NCBI GenBank assembly: GCA_031459915.1
Contig: JAVKHO010000018.1
Location: 5,190-58,490, forward strand
From: Candidatus Tepidifontimicrobium thermophilum
GTDB taxonomy: Bacteria > Sysuimicrobiota > Sysuimicrobiia > Sysuimicrobiales > Sysuimicrobiaceae
Length of the DNA: 53,301 nucleotides
Direction of reading: 5' to 3'
This document shows, piece after piece, positions 19,649 through 28,285 of this stretch. Every line of letters begins with the position of its first letter. Within the stretch, counting starts at the first letter, position 1. The notes under the pieces were generated by a model. That model was given only the letters and a program-made list of their open reading frames with translations, made no database searches and was not told the DNA's origin. The position numbers and the translations under genes were made by a program.

Positions 19649-20085
19649 CCGCCCTCCCGGACCCGGTGCTGGCACCAGGCGTACAGGGCCTCGTACAGCG
19701 GTGTCTGGAGCCTGAGCTTGGCGAGGTCGTCCTCCCCCAGCCACAGGGCGAAGCCGTGCGCGATGGCGCGCAGGCCCGCACACTCCGGCTCGATCCCCAC
19801 GTCCTCCGGGATGTCCGCGCCGTGCACGATGCGGCCCAGCAGGTGCAGCGCCGGGTCATCCAGGCCGTAGCGGACCACGATGGACTCGAAGCTACAGCGG
19901 CCCTCCACGTGGCCCAGCTCGGCCCCGGGCACATCGAACGGGACGGCCCCCTCGAGGGCGGCGACCTCCAGCACGCGGTCCCCGGGCAGGAACAGGAACT
20001 CCGCCTCGGGATCCACGAACCGACGGATGAGCCAAGGGCAGGCGACCCGGTCCACCTTGGCGTTAGAACGCGTGACCCACTTCAC
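19645..20085 (-). CDS. chrB: ChrB C-terminal domain protein
   Basis: WVTR..KVDRVACPWLIRRFVDPEAEF, H..GRCSFE, IVHGAD, LYEALYAW. Confidence 0.85.
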   Translation of the reverse strand: MKWVTRSNAKVDRVACPWLIRRFVDPEAEFLFLPGDRVLEVAALEGAVPFDVPGAELGHVEGRCSFESIVVRYGLDDPALHLLGRIVHGADIPEDVGIEPECAGLRAIAHGFALWLGEDDLAKLRLQTPLYEALYAWCQHRVREGG

Positions 20086-20152
20086 CGTCCCACCCCCTCT
20101 CTTCTTTACGGTAGCAGGGGGACAGCGCGCGGGCAGGGCCTACAATCGGGTC

Positions 20153-21424
20153 GTGGCGCGACGGTTTCCGCGGGGCTTCCGCTGGGGGACGGCGACCAGC
20201 GCCCACCAGGTGGAGGGTTGCAACTGCAACAACGACTGGTGGTCCTTCGAGCACCTTCCCGGCCGCATCCGCGGGGGCGACCGGTCCGGCCGAGCCTGCG
20301 ACTGGTGGCGCAACGCGGAGGCGGACTTCGACCGCATGGTGGCCCTGCACCTGAACGCGCACCGCCTGTCCGTCGAGTGGAGCCGCCTGGAGCCTGAGGC
20401 GGGGCGGGGGGACGAGTCCGCGGTGCGGCGGTACCGGCAGATGCTGCGGGGGCTGCGGGAGCGCGGCGTGGAACCCATGGTGACCCTGAACCACTTCACC
20501 CTGCCCCTGTGGGTGGCGCGCGCCGGTGGGTGGGAGAACCCCGCAGTGGTGGAGTGGTTCGGCGGGTTCGCCCGGCGGTGCGCGGAGTGGTTCGGCGACC
20601 TGGTGGACCTCTGGGTGACCGTCAACGAGCCGAACCTCGTGGTGGTGTTGGGCTACCTGCAGGGCCGCCATCCACCTGGAGTCCGGAACCCGCGGCGGGC
20701 CCTGCGGGCGGCCCGCCACCTCCTAGGTGCGCACGCGGCCGCCTACCGCGCCCTGCACGAGGTTCAGCCGCAGGCCCGGGTGGGGATCGCCCACCACCTG
20801 CGGCCCATGGACCCCGAGCGGGAGGGCCACCCCCTGGACGTACGGGTGGCCCGCTGGCACGGGGAGTGGTTCAACTGGATGTGGCTGGACCTCCTGCACC
20901 GCGGCGTGGCGGAGAGGTGGTGGAGTCCGGGTCCGCTGCCGGAGTGCGCGGGCACGCTGGACTTCGTGGGGGTCAACTACTACACGCGGGATCGCGTGAG
21001 GTTCGTGCCGTGGGCTCCGCACACGGCGTTGGGGGTCCACCGGCCCAGCCGGGGAGCTCCCACCAGCGACTTCGGGTACGGGGAGATCTACCCCGAGGGG
21101 CTGTACCGGGTGTTACGGGAGGCCTGGCAGCGGTACGGAAAGCCTCTGTACGTCACGGAAAACGGCCTTCCGGACGCGGAGGACCGCTGGCGGCCCCGGT
21201 TCCTGGTGGACCACCTCGCCGCCGTCCACACAGCCCTGTCGGAGGGGATCCCCGTGCTCGGGTACTACCACTGGTCGCTGGTGGATAACTTCGAGTGGAC
21301 GGAGGGGTGGCGGATGAAGTTCGGGCTGCTCGGCCTGGACCCCACCTCCCAACGTCGGTGGCCGCGGCCGTCGGCTTCGGTGTACGCCGAGGTGTGCGCT
21401 GCCAACACGGTCCCTGACCCATAG
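20153..21424 (+). CDS. Glycoside hydrolase family 1 beta-glycosidase
   Basis: FPRGFRWGTATSAHQVEG, acid/base TVNEP, nucleophile VTENG, WSLVDNFEW; TACAAT 6 nt upstream of GTG. Confidence 0.93.
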   Translation: MARRFPRGFRWGTATSAHQVEGCNCNNDWWSFEHLPGRIRGGDRSGRACDWWRNAEADFDRMVALHLNAHRLSVEWSRLEPEAGRGDESAVRRYRQMLRGLRERGVEPMVTLNHFTLPLWVARAGGWENPAVVEWFGGFARRCAEWFGDLVDLWVTVNEPNLVVVLGYLQGRHPPGVRNPRRALRAARHLLGAHAAAYRALHEVQPQARVGIAHHLRPMDPEREGHPLDVRVARWHGEWFNWMWLDLLHRGVAERWWSPGPLPECAGTLDFVGVNYYTRDRVRFVPWAPHTALGVHRPSRGAPTSDFGYGEIYPEGLYRVLREAWQRYGKPLYVTENGLPDAEDRWRPRFLVDHLAAVHTALSEGIPVLGYYHWSLVDNFEWTEGWRMKFGLLGLDPTSQRRWPRPSASVYAEVCAANTVPDP

Positions 21425-21468
21425 AGCCCACCCGCGTCAATCCATTGAAAGGTTCTAGCCCAGCAGGG

Positions 21469-21496
21469 TTGACCCGGGCTGCCACTCTGCTACTAT
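21469..21496 (+). promoter_or_regulatory. sigma-70 promoter with extended -10
   Basis: TTGACC (21469-21474), 16 bp, TACTAT (21491-21496) preceded by TG at 21488-21489. Confidence 0.7.
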
Positions 21497-21626
21497 GAGC
21501 GTGGACGCGGTGCCCGGCGGGCACGGAGCCGGCCGGGGCCGCGTCGGCGTTTGTTCGAGAGGAACGTGTGAGGGCCGGCGCCCGATGAGGGAGTCGGGCA
21601 GCCGGCCCCCGTGTTGGAGGCCGCGG

Positions 21627-21998
21627 ATGCTGCGTGCGCACCGCGAGGCGCTGTGGGAGGTCCGGAGGGAGACGGTGAAGGTCCAGGCGGATTACCGGCG
21701 GCTGCTGGACGGCGAGCGTCGGCGCCGTGCCCGGATCCGTCGCGAGCTGACCCAGTACGCCTCCGCCCACACGGCCTACCGCGGGGAGCACCGGGCCGTG
21801 CTGGAGGGTGCGAAGCGGATGGCCCGAGAGGGCCTGGACGCTCACCGGAAGGCCCTCCAGGAGAACGCCTGGCTGCTCAAGCTGGTCGCTCTGTACGAGC
21901 GGATCCAGCAGATGCGGGCGCAGCGTGCCCGAGCCCGGGCTGAGCGGGCGGTGCAGGTGCGTCCCGCGGCGGTACAACCGACAGTGGCTCAAACCTAG
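21627..21998 (+). CDS. Hypothetical Arg/Ala-rich helical protein
   Basis: GGAGG 6 nt before ATG 21627; own promoter; the ORF-track ATG 21495 falls inside the -10 box and is unlikely. Confidence 0.6.
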   Translation: MLRAHREALWEVRRETVKVQADYRRLLDGERRRRARIRRELTQYASAHTAYRGEHRAVLEGAKRMAREGLDAHRKALQENAWLLKLVALYERIQQMRAQRARARAERAVQVRPAAVQPTVAQT

Positions 21999-22005
21999 GC
22001 CACCC

Positions 22006-22033
22006 CACCCCTCGGCTCCCCCGGCCGAGGGTG
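22006..22033. terminator. GC hairpin between convergent genes
   Basis: CCCTCGGC-7 nt-GCCGAGGG stem, extendable by CAC/GTG; no U-tract. Confidence 0.4.
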
Positions 22034-22090
22034 ATGCCCCACCCCCCACCAGCGGCGGCCCTCGCGGCCGCCGCTGGCTTTTCCTTGCGT

Positions 22091-22684
22091 TCAGTCGGAG
22101 GTTCTGAACGCCCGGATGCGCGGGTGGCGGCGGAGGCGCTGGAGGAAGTTGCGCTTGCTCAGGTACACGGCCTCCGGGGAGGGAAACAGGTCGGGCCGGC
22201 GCTGGCAGATCTGCTGCGGGCTGAAGCCGCAGACGAAGGTGCCGTACACCAGCACGCGCTCCCGCTCGTCCTGCGCGAGGGAGGAGACCGCAGACCACAG
22301 CTCCTCGCGCTGGAGGTTGGCGACGGCTTCCTCCTCGGGATCCACGGCCTCCGAGACCTGGGGAGGCTCTTCGAAGGCGCGGCGCTCTTGCTGGCGGACC
22401 ACGTCCAGGATGGCGGTGTGGGTGCACATCTTCAGGTAACGGAGGAGGCTGGAGGCGTTGGGGAAACGGCGGAACTTCTCGGGATCCACCGCGGAGTGCA
22501 GCCGATCGAAGGCACGGTTGACGAAGAACGCCACGGGCTCCCCGGTCTGCGCGAACCAGGGGTGTCGCCGTACCCAGGCGGCCACCAGGTTCTCGTACCG
22601 GGCGTACAGTTCCCGCCAGGCCTCCGGATCCCTGTGGACCAGAGCCTTCCGGAACAGGGCGTACGCTTGCTCGTCCCGGTCCAT
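22091..22684 (-). CDS. ECF-type sigma factor without adjacent anti-sigma
   Basis: DPEAWRELYARYENLVAAWV, FVNRAFDRL, LLRYLKMCTHTAILD (region 2-like); ERERVLV..FSPQQI..VYLSKRNFLQRLRR (region 4-like). Confidence 0.75.
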   Translation of the reverse strand: MDRDEQAYALFRKALVHRDPEAWRELYARYENLVAAWVRRHPWFAQTGEPVAFFVNRAFDRLHSAVDPEKFRRFPNASSLLRYLKMCTHTAILDVVRQQERRAFEEPPQVSEAVDPEEEAVANLQREELWSAVSSLAQDERERVLVYGTFVCGFSPQQICQRRPDLFPSPEAVYLSKRNFLQRLRRHPRIRAFRTSD

Positions 22685-22783
22685 CCACGTACCCCGTCGG
22701 CGAGGCGGAGGGCCCGCGCGGGTATGGGGGAGGTCGAGGGAGTATTCTGGCGAGGGACACGTGACTCCTTGCAGGAGGTGCCC

Positions 22784-23728
22784 ATGCGGGTCCTGGTGAC
22801 CGGGGGAGCGGGTTTCGTAGGCTCCCACGTGGTGGAGGTCCTAAAGGCCGCGGGCCACCGGGTGGCGGTGGTGGACGTGCTGGACCCAGGGCGTGCCGAG
22901 TTCGTGCCCGCGGACGTCCCCCTCTACCGGGTGGACGTGGCGAGCCCGCAGCTGGAGGAGGTGTTCCAGGAGGAGCGGCCGCAGGTGGTGTGCCACCACG
23001 CGGCGCAGGCGTCCGTGGCGGTGTCGGTCCGGGAGCCCCTCCGCGACGCTCGGGTGAACGTCCTGGGCGCCCTGAACGTGCTGGAGTGCTGTGTCCGCTA
23101 CGGAGTCGGCCGGGTGCTGTTTGCCAGCACAGGGGGCGCCATCTACGGGGAACCCGACCGCCTGCCGGTCTCCGAGGACCACCCCACGAGGCCCGTGAGC
23201 CCCTACGGGGTCCACAAGCTGTGTGCGGAGCAGTACCTGGCCGCGTACGGACACCTGTACGGTCTGCGCTGGGTCGCCCTCCGCTACGGCAACGTGTACG
23301 GGCCACGCCAGGACCCCTACGGCGAGGCGGGTGTCGTGGCCATCTTCTGCGCGGCCATGCTGGAGGGCCGGCAACCGGTGATCTTCGGGGACGGCCAGCA
23401 CACCCGGGACTACGTGTACGTGGAGGACGTGGCCCGGGCCAACCTGCTGGCCCTGGAGGCCGGCGCGCAGGGCGTGTTCAACGTGGGCACCGGGGTGGAA
23501 ACCCCCACGCGCCGCATCTTCGACCTGGTGCGGGACGCGACGGGATTCCGGGGGGAGCCCCAGTACGGCCCCGCCCGTCCCGGGGACGTCCGGCGGATCT
23601 GTCTCGATATCGCTCGGGCCGAACGCGTGCTCGGTTGGCGCCCCCGGGTGACCCTGGCCGACGGGATCGCGCGGACCGTCGCCTGGTTCCGGGCGCAGGC
23701 GCGGACTGGACGGCGGGACGTACCATAG
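22784..23728 (+). CDS. NAD-dependent epimerase/dehydratase (UDP-glucose 4-epimerase-like)
   Basis: VTGGAGFVGSH, HHAAQASV, SPYGVHK, LRYGNVYGPRQDP; GGAGG RBS. Confidence 0.92.
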   Translation: MRVLVTGGAGFVGSHVVEVLKAAGHRVAVVDVLDPGRAEFVPADVPLYRVDVASPQLEEVFQEERPQVVCHHAAQASVAVSVREPLRDARVNVLGALNVLECCVRYGVGRVLFASTGGAIYGEPDRLPVSEDHPTRPVSPYGVHKLCAEQYLAAYGHLYGLRWVALRYGNVYGPRQDPYGEAGVVAIFCAAMLEGRQPVIFGDGQHTRDYVYVEDVARANLLALEAGAQGVFNVGTGVETPTRRIFDLVRDATGFRGEPQYGPARPGDVRRICLDIARAERVLGWRPRVTLADGIARTVAWFRAQARTGRRDVP

Positions 23729-23759
23729 ACGTGCAGGACGAGTCTGCCGGGAGCGGCGC

Positions 23760-24599
23760 ATGCGTCCCATCTGGAAAGGCCACATCGCCTTCGGGCTCGT
23801 GACCATCCCCGTGCGGGTGTACGTGGCGCAGGAGTCCAAGGACGTGCGGTTCCGGCAGCTGCACGCGGCCTGCGGGACGCCCATCAAGCAGGTCCGCCGC
23901 TGCCCTCGGTGCGAACGGGACGTGGAGTGGCACGAGGTGGTGCGCGGGTACGAGTACGGCAAGGGGCGGTTCGTGCCCGTCACCGACGAAGACCTCCAGG
24001 CGGTCCCCCTGCCTACCAAGGGGACGGTGGACCTGTTCGGGTTCGTGCAGCTGCAGGAGATTGACCCCCTGTACTACGAGCGTGCCTACTACCTGGCACC
24101 TGACGCAGGCGGGGCCAAAGCCTTCAAGCTCCTCCAGGAGGCCCTGGCTGCCTCTGGCCGCGTGGGCATCGGGAAGGTGGCCCTGCGGGAGAAGGAGCAC
24201 CTGGTGGCCCTGCGCCCCTACGGCGACACCCTCGTGATGGAGGTCCTGTACTACCCGGACGAGATCCGGGCGGTGTCAGAGCTGCCCGAGTTCCCCCTGG
24301 AGGTGAAGGTGCACCCCAACGAACGCAAGATGGCGGTGCAGCTGGTGGAGGGAATGACCATGGAGTTCCGCCCGGAGGAGTACCGGGACGAGTACCGGGA
24401 GGCGCTGTTGCGGGTGATCCAGGCGAAGGTGGAGGGCGCGCCTCCTCCTGAGTCGGCCGCGCCGCGGGAGGAGAAGGTGGTGGACCTCATGGAAGCGCTG
24501 AGGCGGAGCCTGGAGATGGCCAAGCAGCAGCGGGTCCGCCGCGAGGCGACTTCCCCGCCGGCCAGGCGGGTGGCGGCCATGCGGGAACGGCACAAGTGA
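23760..24599 (+). CDS. ku: Ku protein (NHEJ)
   Basis: MRPIWKGHIAFGLVTIPV, VVRGYEY, IDPLYYERAYYL, YRDEYRE, VVDLMEALRRSL. Confidence 0.95.
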   Translation: MRPIWKGHIAFGLVTIPVRVYVAQESKDVRFRQLHAACGTPIKQVRRCPRCERDVEWHEVVRGYEYGKGRFVPVTDEDLQAVPLPTKGTVDLFGFVQLQEIDPLYYERAYYLAPDAGGAKAFKLLQEALAASGRVGIGKVALREKEHLVALRPYGDTLVMEVLYYPDEIRAVSELPEFPLEVKVHPNERKMAVQLVEGMTMEFRPEEYRDEYREALLRVIQAKVEGAPPPESAAPREEKVVDLMEALRRSLEMAKQQRVRREATSPPARRVAAMRERHK

Positions 24600-25363
24600 G
24601 CGGGTCCCCCGGCGCCATGGGGCCGGCGGGCCGACGCGGAACCCACGTGCGGGCCGGGACCTCGGGGTTCGCGTTCCCGGAGTGGCGCGGCGCCTTCTAC
24701 CCCGCAGATCTCGCCGCAGACCGGCTCCTGTCCTACTACGCGGTCCGGCTCCCCACAGTCGAGTTGAACACCACCTTCTACCGGATGCCCTCGGAAGAGA
24801 CCTGCCGCGCGTGGGCGGAGCAGACCCCTCCGGGGTTCCTGTTTGCGGTGAAGGCGCACCGCCGGATCACCCACGTCAAACGCCTCCGCGACGTCGACGC
24901 CGAGCTGCGGTGGACGGCCGACCGGCTGGGGGTCCTGGAAGACCGCCTGGGCGCGGTCCTGTTCCAGTGTCCCCCGTCCCTGCGGTGTGACCTGCACTTG
25001 TTGGAACAGTTCCTGGCCGCGCTGCCACCCCTGCCCCGGGTGGCGGTGGAGTTCCGGCACCCTACGTGGTTCCAGGAGGGTACGTACGAGCTGCTGCGCC
25101 GCCACCGGGTGGCGTTGTGCGTGGGGGAGGATGAAGAGGGAAGCGATCCCCTGGTGTGGACGGCTCCCTTCGGGTACCTGCGCCTCCACCGGCTGCGGTA
25201 CGAGCCGGACCATCTGCGGACGTGGGCGGACCGGCTGCAGGAAGCCCCCGTGGCGGAGGTGTTCTGTTACTTCACCCACGACGCGGGGCCCCAGGCGGTG
25301 GCGTTCGCCCGGACTCTGATGGAGCTGTGTGCCGCAGAACCGGAACCCAGCGGGTGCCGCTAG
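24596..25363 (+). CDS. DUF72 (YecE) family protein
   Basis: AGTSGFAFPEWRGAFYP, TVELNTTFYRMP, FAVKAHRRITH, LFQCPPS, VEFRH, YLRLH. Confidence 0.9.
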   Translation: MSGSPGAMGPAGRRGTHVRAGTSGFAFPEWRGAFYPADLAADRLLSYYAVRLPTVELNTTFYRMPSEETCRAWAEQTPPGFLFAVKAHRRITHVKRLRDVDAELRWTADRLGVLEDRLGAVLFQCPPSLRCDLHLLEQFLAALPPLPRVAVEFRHPTWFQEGTYELLRRHRVALCVGEDEEGSDPLVWTAPFGYLRLHRLRYEPDHLRTWADRLQEAPVAEVFCYFTHDAGPQAVAFARTLMELCAAEPEPSGCR

Positions 25364-25386
25364 TCCGTACGGACCAGGAGGAAACC

Positions 25387-26352
25387 GTGGAAGGCGTCGG
25401 AGGACTGCACCACATCACGTGCATCGCCGCAGACCCGCAGGAGAACCTGGACTTCTACGCGGGCGTGCTGGGGATGCGGCTGGTGAAACGCAGCGTGAAC
25501 CAGGACGACCCCGGGACCTACCACCTGTTCTACGCGGACGCGGAGGGCCGGCCGGGCACCGACCTCACCTTCTTCCCCTGGCCCCACCTCCCGCCGAAGA
25601 GGGAAGGCGCGGGGCTGGCGGTGGAAGTCGCCCTGGCGGTTCCGCAGGGTAGCCTGTCCTACTGGGCCGGGCGTCTGGCCCGCTACGGCGTGACCGCTCG
25701 GGGTTTGGAGACCCGGTTCGGAGAGCGGTGCCTCCTGCTGTCGGACCCCCACGGCCTGGCCCTGGCGCTGGTGGAGGTGGAGGACCGGCCCTTTGCCCCG
25801 TGGGCGGAAAGCCCCGTCCCCGCCGGGCTTCAGGTGCGCGGGCTGCACGGCGCGAGGATTCGGGTGGCTTCCCTGACCCCCACGGAGCGGTTCCTCACCC
25901 AGGTACTGGGCTTCCGCCGCGTGGCGGAGGAAGACGGGTGGGTGCGCTTCGCTGCGGGTCCGGGCGGGTCTGGCTGCTGGCTGGACCTGCACGGAAGCCC
26001 GAGCGCGGAGCCGGGAACTTGGGGAGTGGGCGGGGTACACCACCTAGCGTGGCGGGTGCGGGACGAGGCGCACCAAGCCGAGGTCCGACAGCGGGTAGCG
26101 TGGGCGGGGGCCAACCCCACGCCCGTCATCGACCGGTTCTGGTTCAAGTCCGTGTACTTCAGGGAGCCGGGCGGCGTGCTGTTCGAGCTGGCTACGGACG
26201 GGCCGGGTTTTGCGGTGGACGAGGATCCCGAGCAGCTGGGCACGTCCCTGGTCCTGCCTCCCTGGCTCGAGCCTTACCGTGGCCGCATCGAAGCCCAGCT
26301 GCCGGTGCTGAAGTATCCGCCGGTGCTAGAGCCGGTGGCCGGGGCCCCTTAG
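25387..26352 (+). CDS. Ring-cleaving dioxygenase, VOC/glyoxalase family (MhqA/MhqO-like)
   Basis: GLHHIT, LGMRLVKRSVNQDDP.TYHLFY, GGVHHLAW, DRFWFKSVYFREPGGVLFELATDGPGF. Confidence 0.92.
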   Translation: MEGVGGLHHITCIAADPQENLDFYAGVLGMRLVKRSVNQDDPGTYHLFYADAEGRPGTDLTFFPWPHLPPKREGAGLAVEVALAVPQGSLSYWAGRLARYGVTARGLETRFGERCLLLSDPHGLALALVEVEDRPFAPWAESPVPAGLQVRGLHGARIRVASLTPTERFLTQVLGFRRVAEEDGWVRFAAGPGGSGCWLDLHGSPSAEPGTWGVGGVHHLAWRVRDEAHQAEVRQRVAWAGANPTPVIDRFWFKSVYFREPGGVLFELATDGPGFAVDEDPEQLGTSLVLPPWLEPYRGRIEAQLPVLKYPPVLEPVAGAP

Positions 26353-26413
26353 GACGCGGGCTTGCTGGTGCCCGCGGCCGGAGGTGGACACCTGCCGCGG
26401 GTAGAATGGGAAC

Positions 26414-28285
26414 GTGGGGTGCCGGTACGCGGGGGGCCAGGTGTTGGGGCACGCTCCGGAGCAGGTGGTACGGACCGGGCCGGCCGGCTACGCGGCTGGG
26501 AGGAACCCTGTGCGGCCCCTCGTGGCGTTGCTGGCCGGCGGCCTGGGGCGAACCCCACCGGTAGACCGTCTCGGGGAGCGCGCCCACCTCTTCCTGTACG
26601 TGCTCGCTTACCGCTGGCTGAGCCTGCTGCCGGCGGCTCTCGCGGTGTTCTCGGTACCCTCCGCACCGACCCCGCGCACCTTGCTGGCTGCCGTGATCGG
26701 CTACAACCTGTGTATCACCCTGTTCCACCGGTGGCTCAACAACGCGGTCCTGCGGTGGCCAGCCCTGCTCGGCCTGGACATCTTCCTGTGTGGTGCGGCG
26801 GTGGCTGCAAGCGGCGGGGCGCGGAGTCCGTACTACCTGTACGTGTTGAGTCCCCTGTTCGGCGCGGGCGTGTTCTTCCGGACCCGCGGGGGACTCGTGG
26901 CCGCGGGGGCCACCACCGCGGCGTACGCGCTGGCGGTGGGGGTGGACAGTCTGGTTCTGGGGGGATCGTTCGACGTCGTGTCCGCCAGCATCCAGGTGGC
27001 CGGGTTCTTCCTGATCGGCGGGCTCTTCAGCAGCTTCGCGTCCCTGCTGGAAGACCAACGGGCTAACGCGCGGCTGCTGGAGCAGGTCCGGACCGAGCTA
27101 GTCCGGAAGACCACGGAGCTGCAGCGGACCAACCGCGAGCTGCGTTCCCTCCACTCGCTGGCGGTGGCCCTCCAGTCCGCCGCGGTGGACGTGCACGACG
27201 TCCAGCGGCGGGTCCTGCTGAGCCTGACCGAGGAGCTGGGCTATCCGCGGGCGTGGATGGCCCTGGTGGACCACGGAGACCTCAGCCTCACGGGCTGGAT
27301 GGTGGCCGCTCGCGGCGAAGGCCTGACCGAGGAAGTCCCGCCCACCCTCCGCGTGGGCCTCCGGGAGCTCGGGGGACCCCTGGTCCAGGCTCTCGACGCA
27401 CGGGTCCTGCAGGTGGTCACCGGACGCGCTGTCCTTCCAGGGAGCTCGGGGCTTCCCGTGCGGGAAGGAGGGCGGTACGTGGTCGTGCCCCTGTCCGTGC
27501 GGGACCTGCCGGTGGGAATCCTGTTGGTGGAAGCCCCGGACGGAGTTCCTGACGACAGGCAGTCTCTGGCCCTGCTGACCTCGGTGGGACACCAGGCGGC
27601 ACTGGCCCTGTGGAGCACCCGCATGTGCGTGGAGCGCGCCCAGCGGTCTGCGGTCCTGGAGGAGCGGAACCGCATCGCGCGGGACATCCACGACACCGTC
27701 TCGCAGTGCCTGTTCGGCACCGTCTGTGCGCTGGAGGGCTGCCTGAAACTCCTCCCTGAGGACCAGCGGACGGTTCGGGAGAGGCTGGAGTACGTGCTCC
27801 GGCTGGCGTCCAAGGCCATGGCGGAGATCCGCCGCCTGGTCTTCGACATGTGGATCGGCGGGATGACCACCAGCGAGTTCGTGGCCGAGCTCCAGTCCTT
27901 CCTCCAGGACCTGGGAAAGCCTGACTCCCTGCGGGTGGACATCCGAGTGGAGGGGGACCTCACGGAGCTCACGCCCTTCACCCGCAAGCACCTGTTCCGG
28001 ATCGCGCAGGAGGCCCTAGCTAACGCCGTCAAGCACGCTCAGGCCTCGGAGGTCTCGATCCACCTGGCTGCTTCGGGTCAGGCGGTCCGCCTGGTGGTGC
28101 GGGACGACGGGCGGGGGTTTGACCCGGAGCGGGTCTCGCGGGGCATGGGGCTGGCGGGCATGCGGGAGCGTGCCGCGGCCATCGGGGCCGCGCTGGAGGT
28201 CCGTACGGGGCCCGGGCAGGGGACCGCGGTGGAGGTGAGCGTTCCGAGGCTGGCATGCGTCAGTCCGCCCCGGTTCGCGTCCTGA
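26414..28285 (+). CDS. Membrane sensor histidine kinase (TM-GAF-HisKA_3-HATPase)
   Basis: N-terminal TM helices; ERNRIARDIHDTVSQ H-box; RIAQEALANAVKHA; DDGRGFD, GMGLAGMRERA; start either leaderless GTG 26414 or SD-led GTG 26510. Confidence 0.92.
   Translation: MGCRYAGGQVLGHAPEQVVRTGPAGYAAGRNPVRPLVALLAGGLGRTPPVDRLGERAHLFLYVLAYRWLSLLPAALAVFSVPSAPTPRTLLAAVIGYNLCITLFHRWLNNAVLRWPALLGLDIFLCGAAVAASGGARSPYYLYVLSPLFGAGVFFRTRGGLVAAGATTAAYALAVGVDSLVLGGSFDVVSASIQVAGFFLIGGLFSSFASLLEDQRANARLLEQVRTELVRKTTELQRTNRELRSLHSLAVALQSAAVDVHDVQRRVLLSLTEELGYPRAWMALVDHGDLSLTGWMVAARGEGLTEEVPPTLRVGLRELGGPLVQALDARVLQVVTGRAVLPGSSGLPVREGGRYVVVPLSVRDLPVGILLVEAPDGVPDDRQSLALLTSVGHQAALALWSTRMCVERAQRSAVLEERNRIARDIHDTVSQCLFGTVCALEGCLKLLPEDQRTVRERLEYVLRLASKAMAEIRRLVFDMWIGGMTTSEFVAELQSFLQDLGKPDSLRVDIRVEGDLTELTPFTRKHLFRIAQEALANAVKHAQASEVSIHLAASGQAVRLVVRDDGRGFDPERVSRGMGLAGMRERAAAIGAALEVRTGPGQGTAVEVSVPRLACVSPPRFAS

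Noticed and set aside
21153..23306. Long Pro/Arg/Gly-rich alternative ORFs (also 40770..42596, 50728..53103 and the extensions of 46285, 5753, 12519)
   Set aside because: Off-frame or antisense to well-supported genes; expected from stop-codon scarcity at high GC
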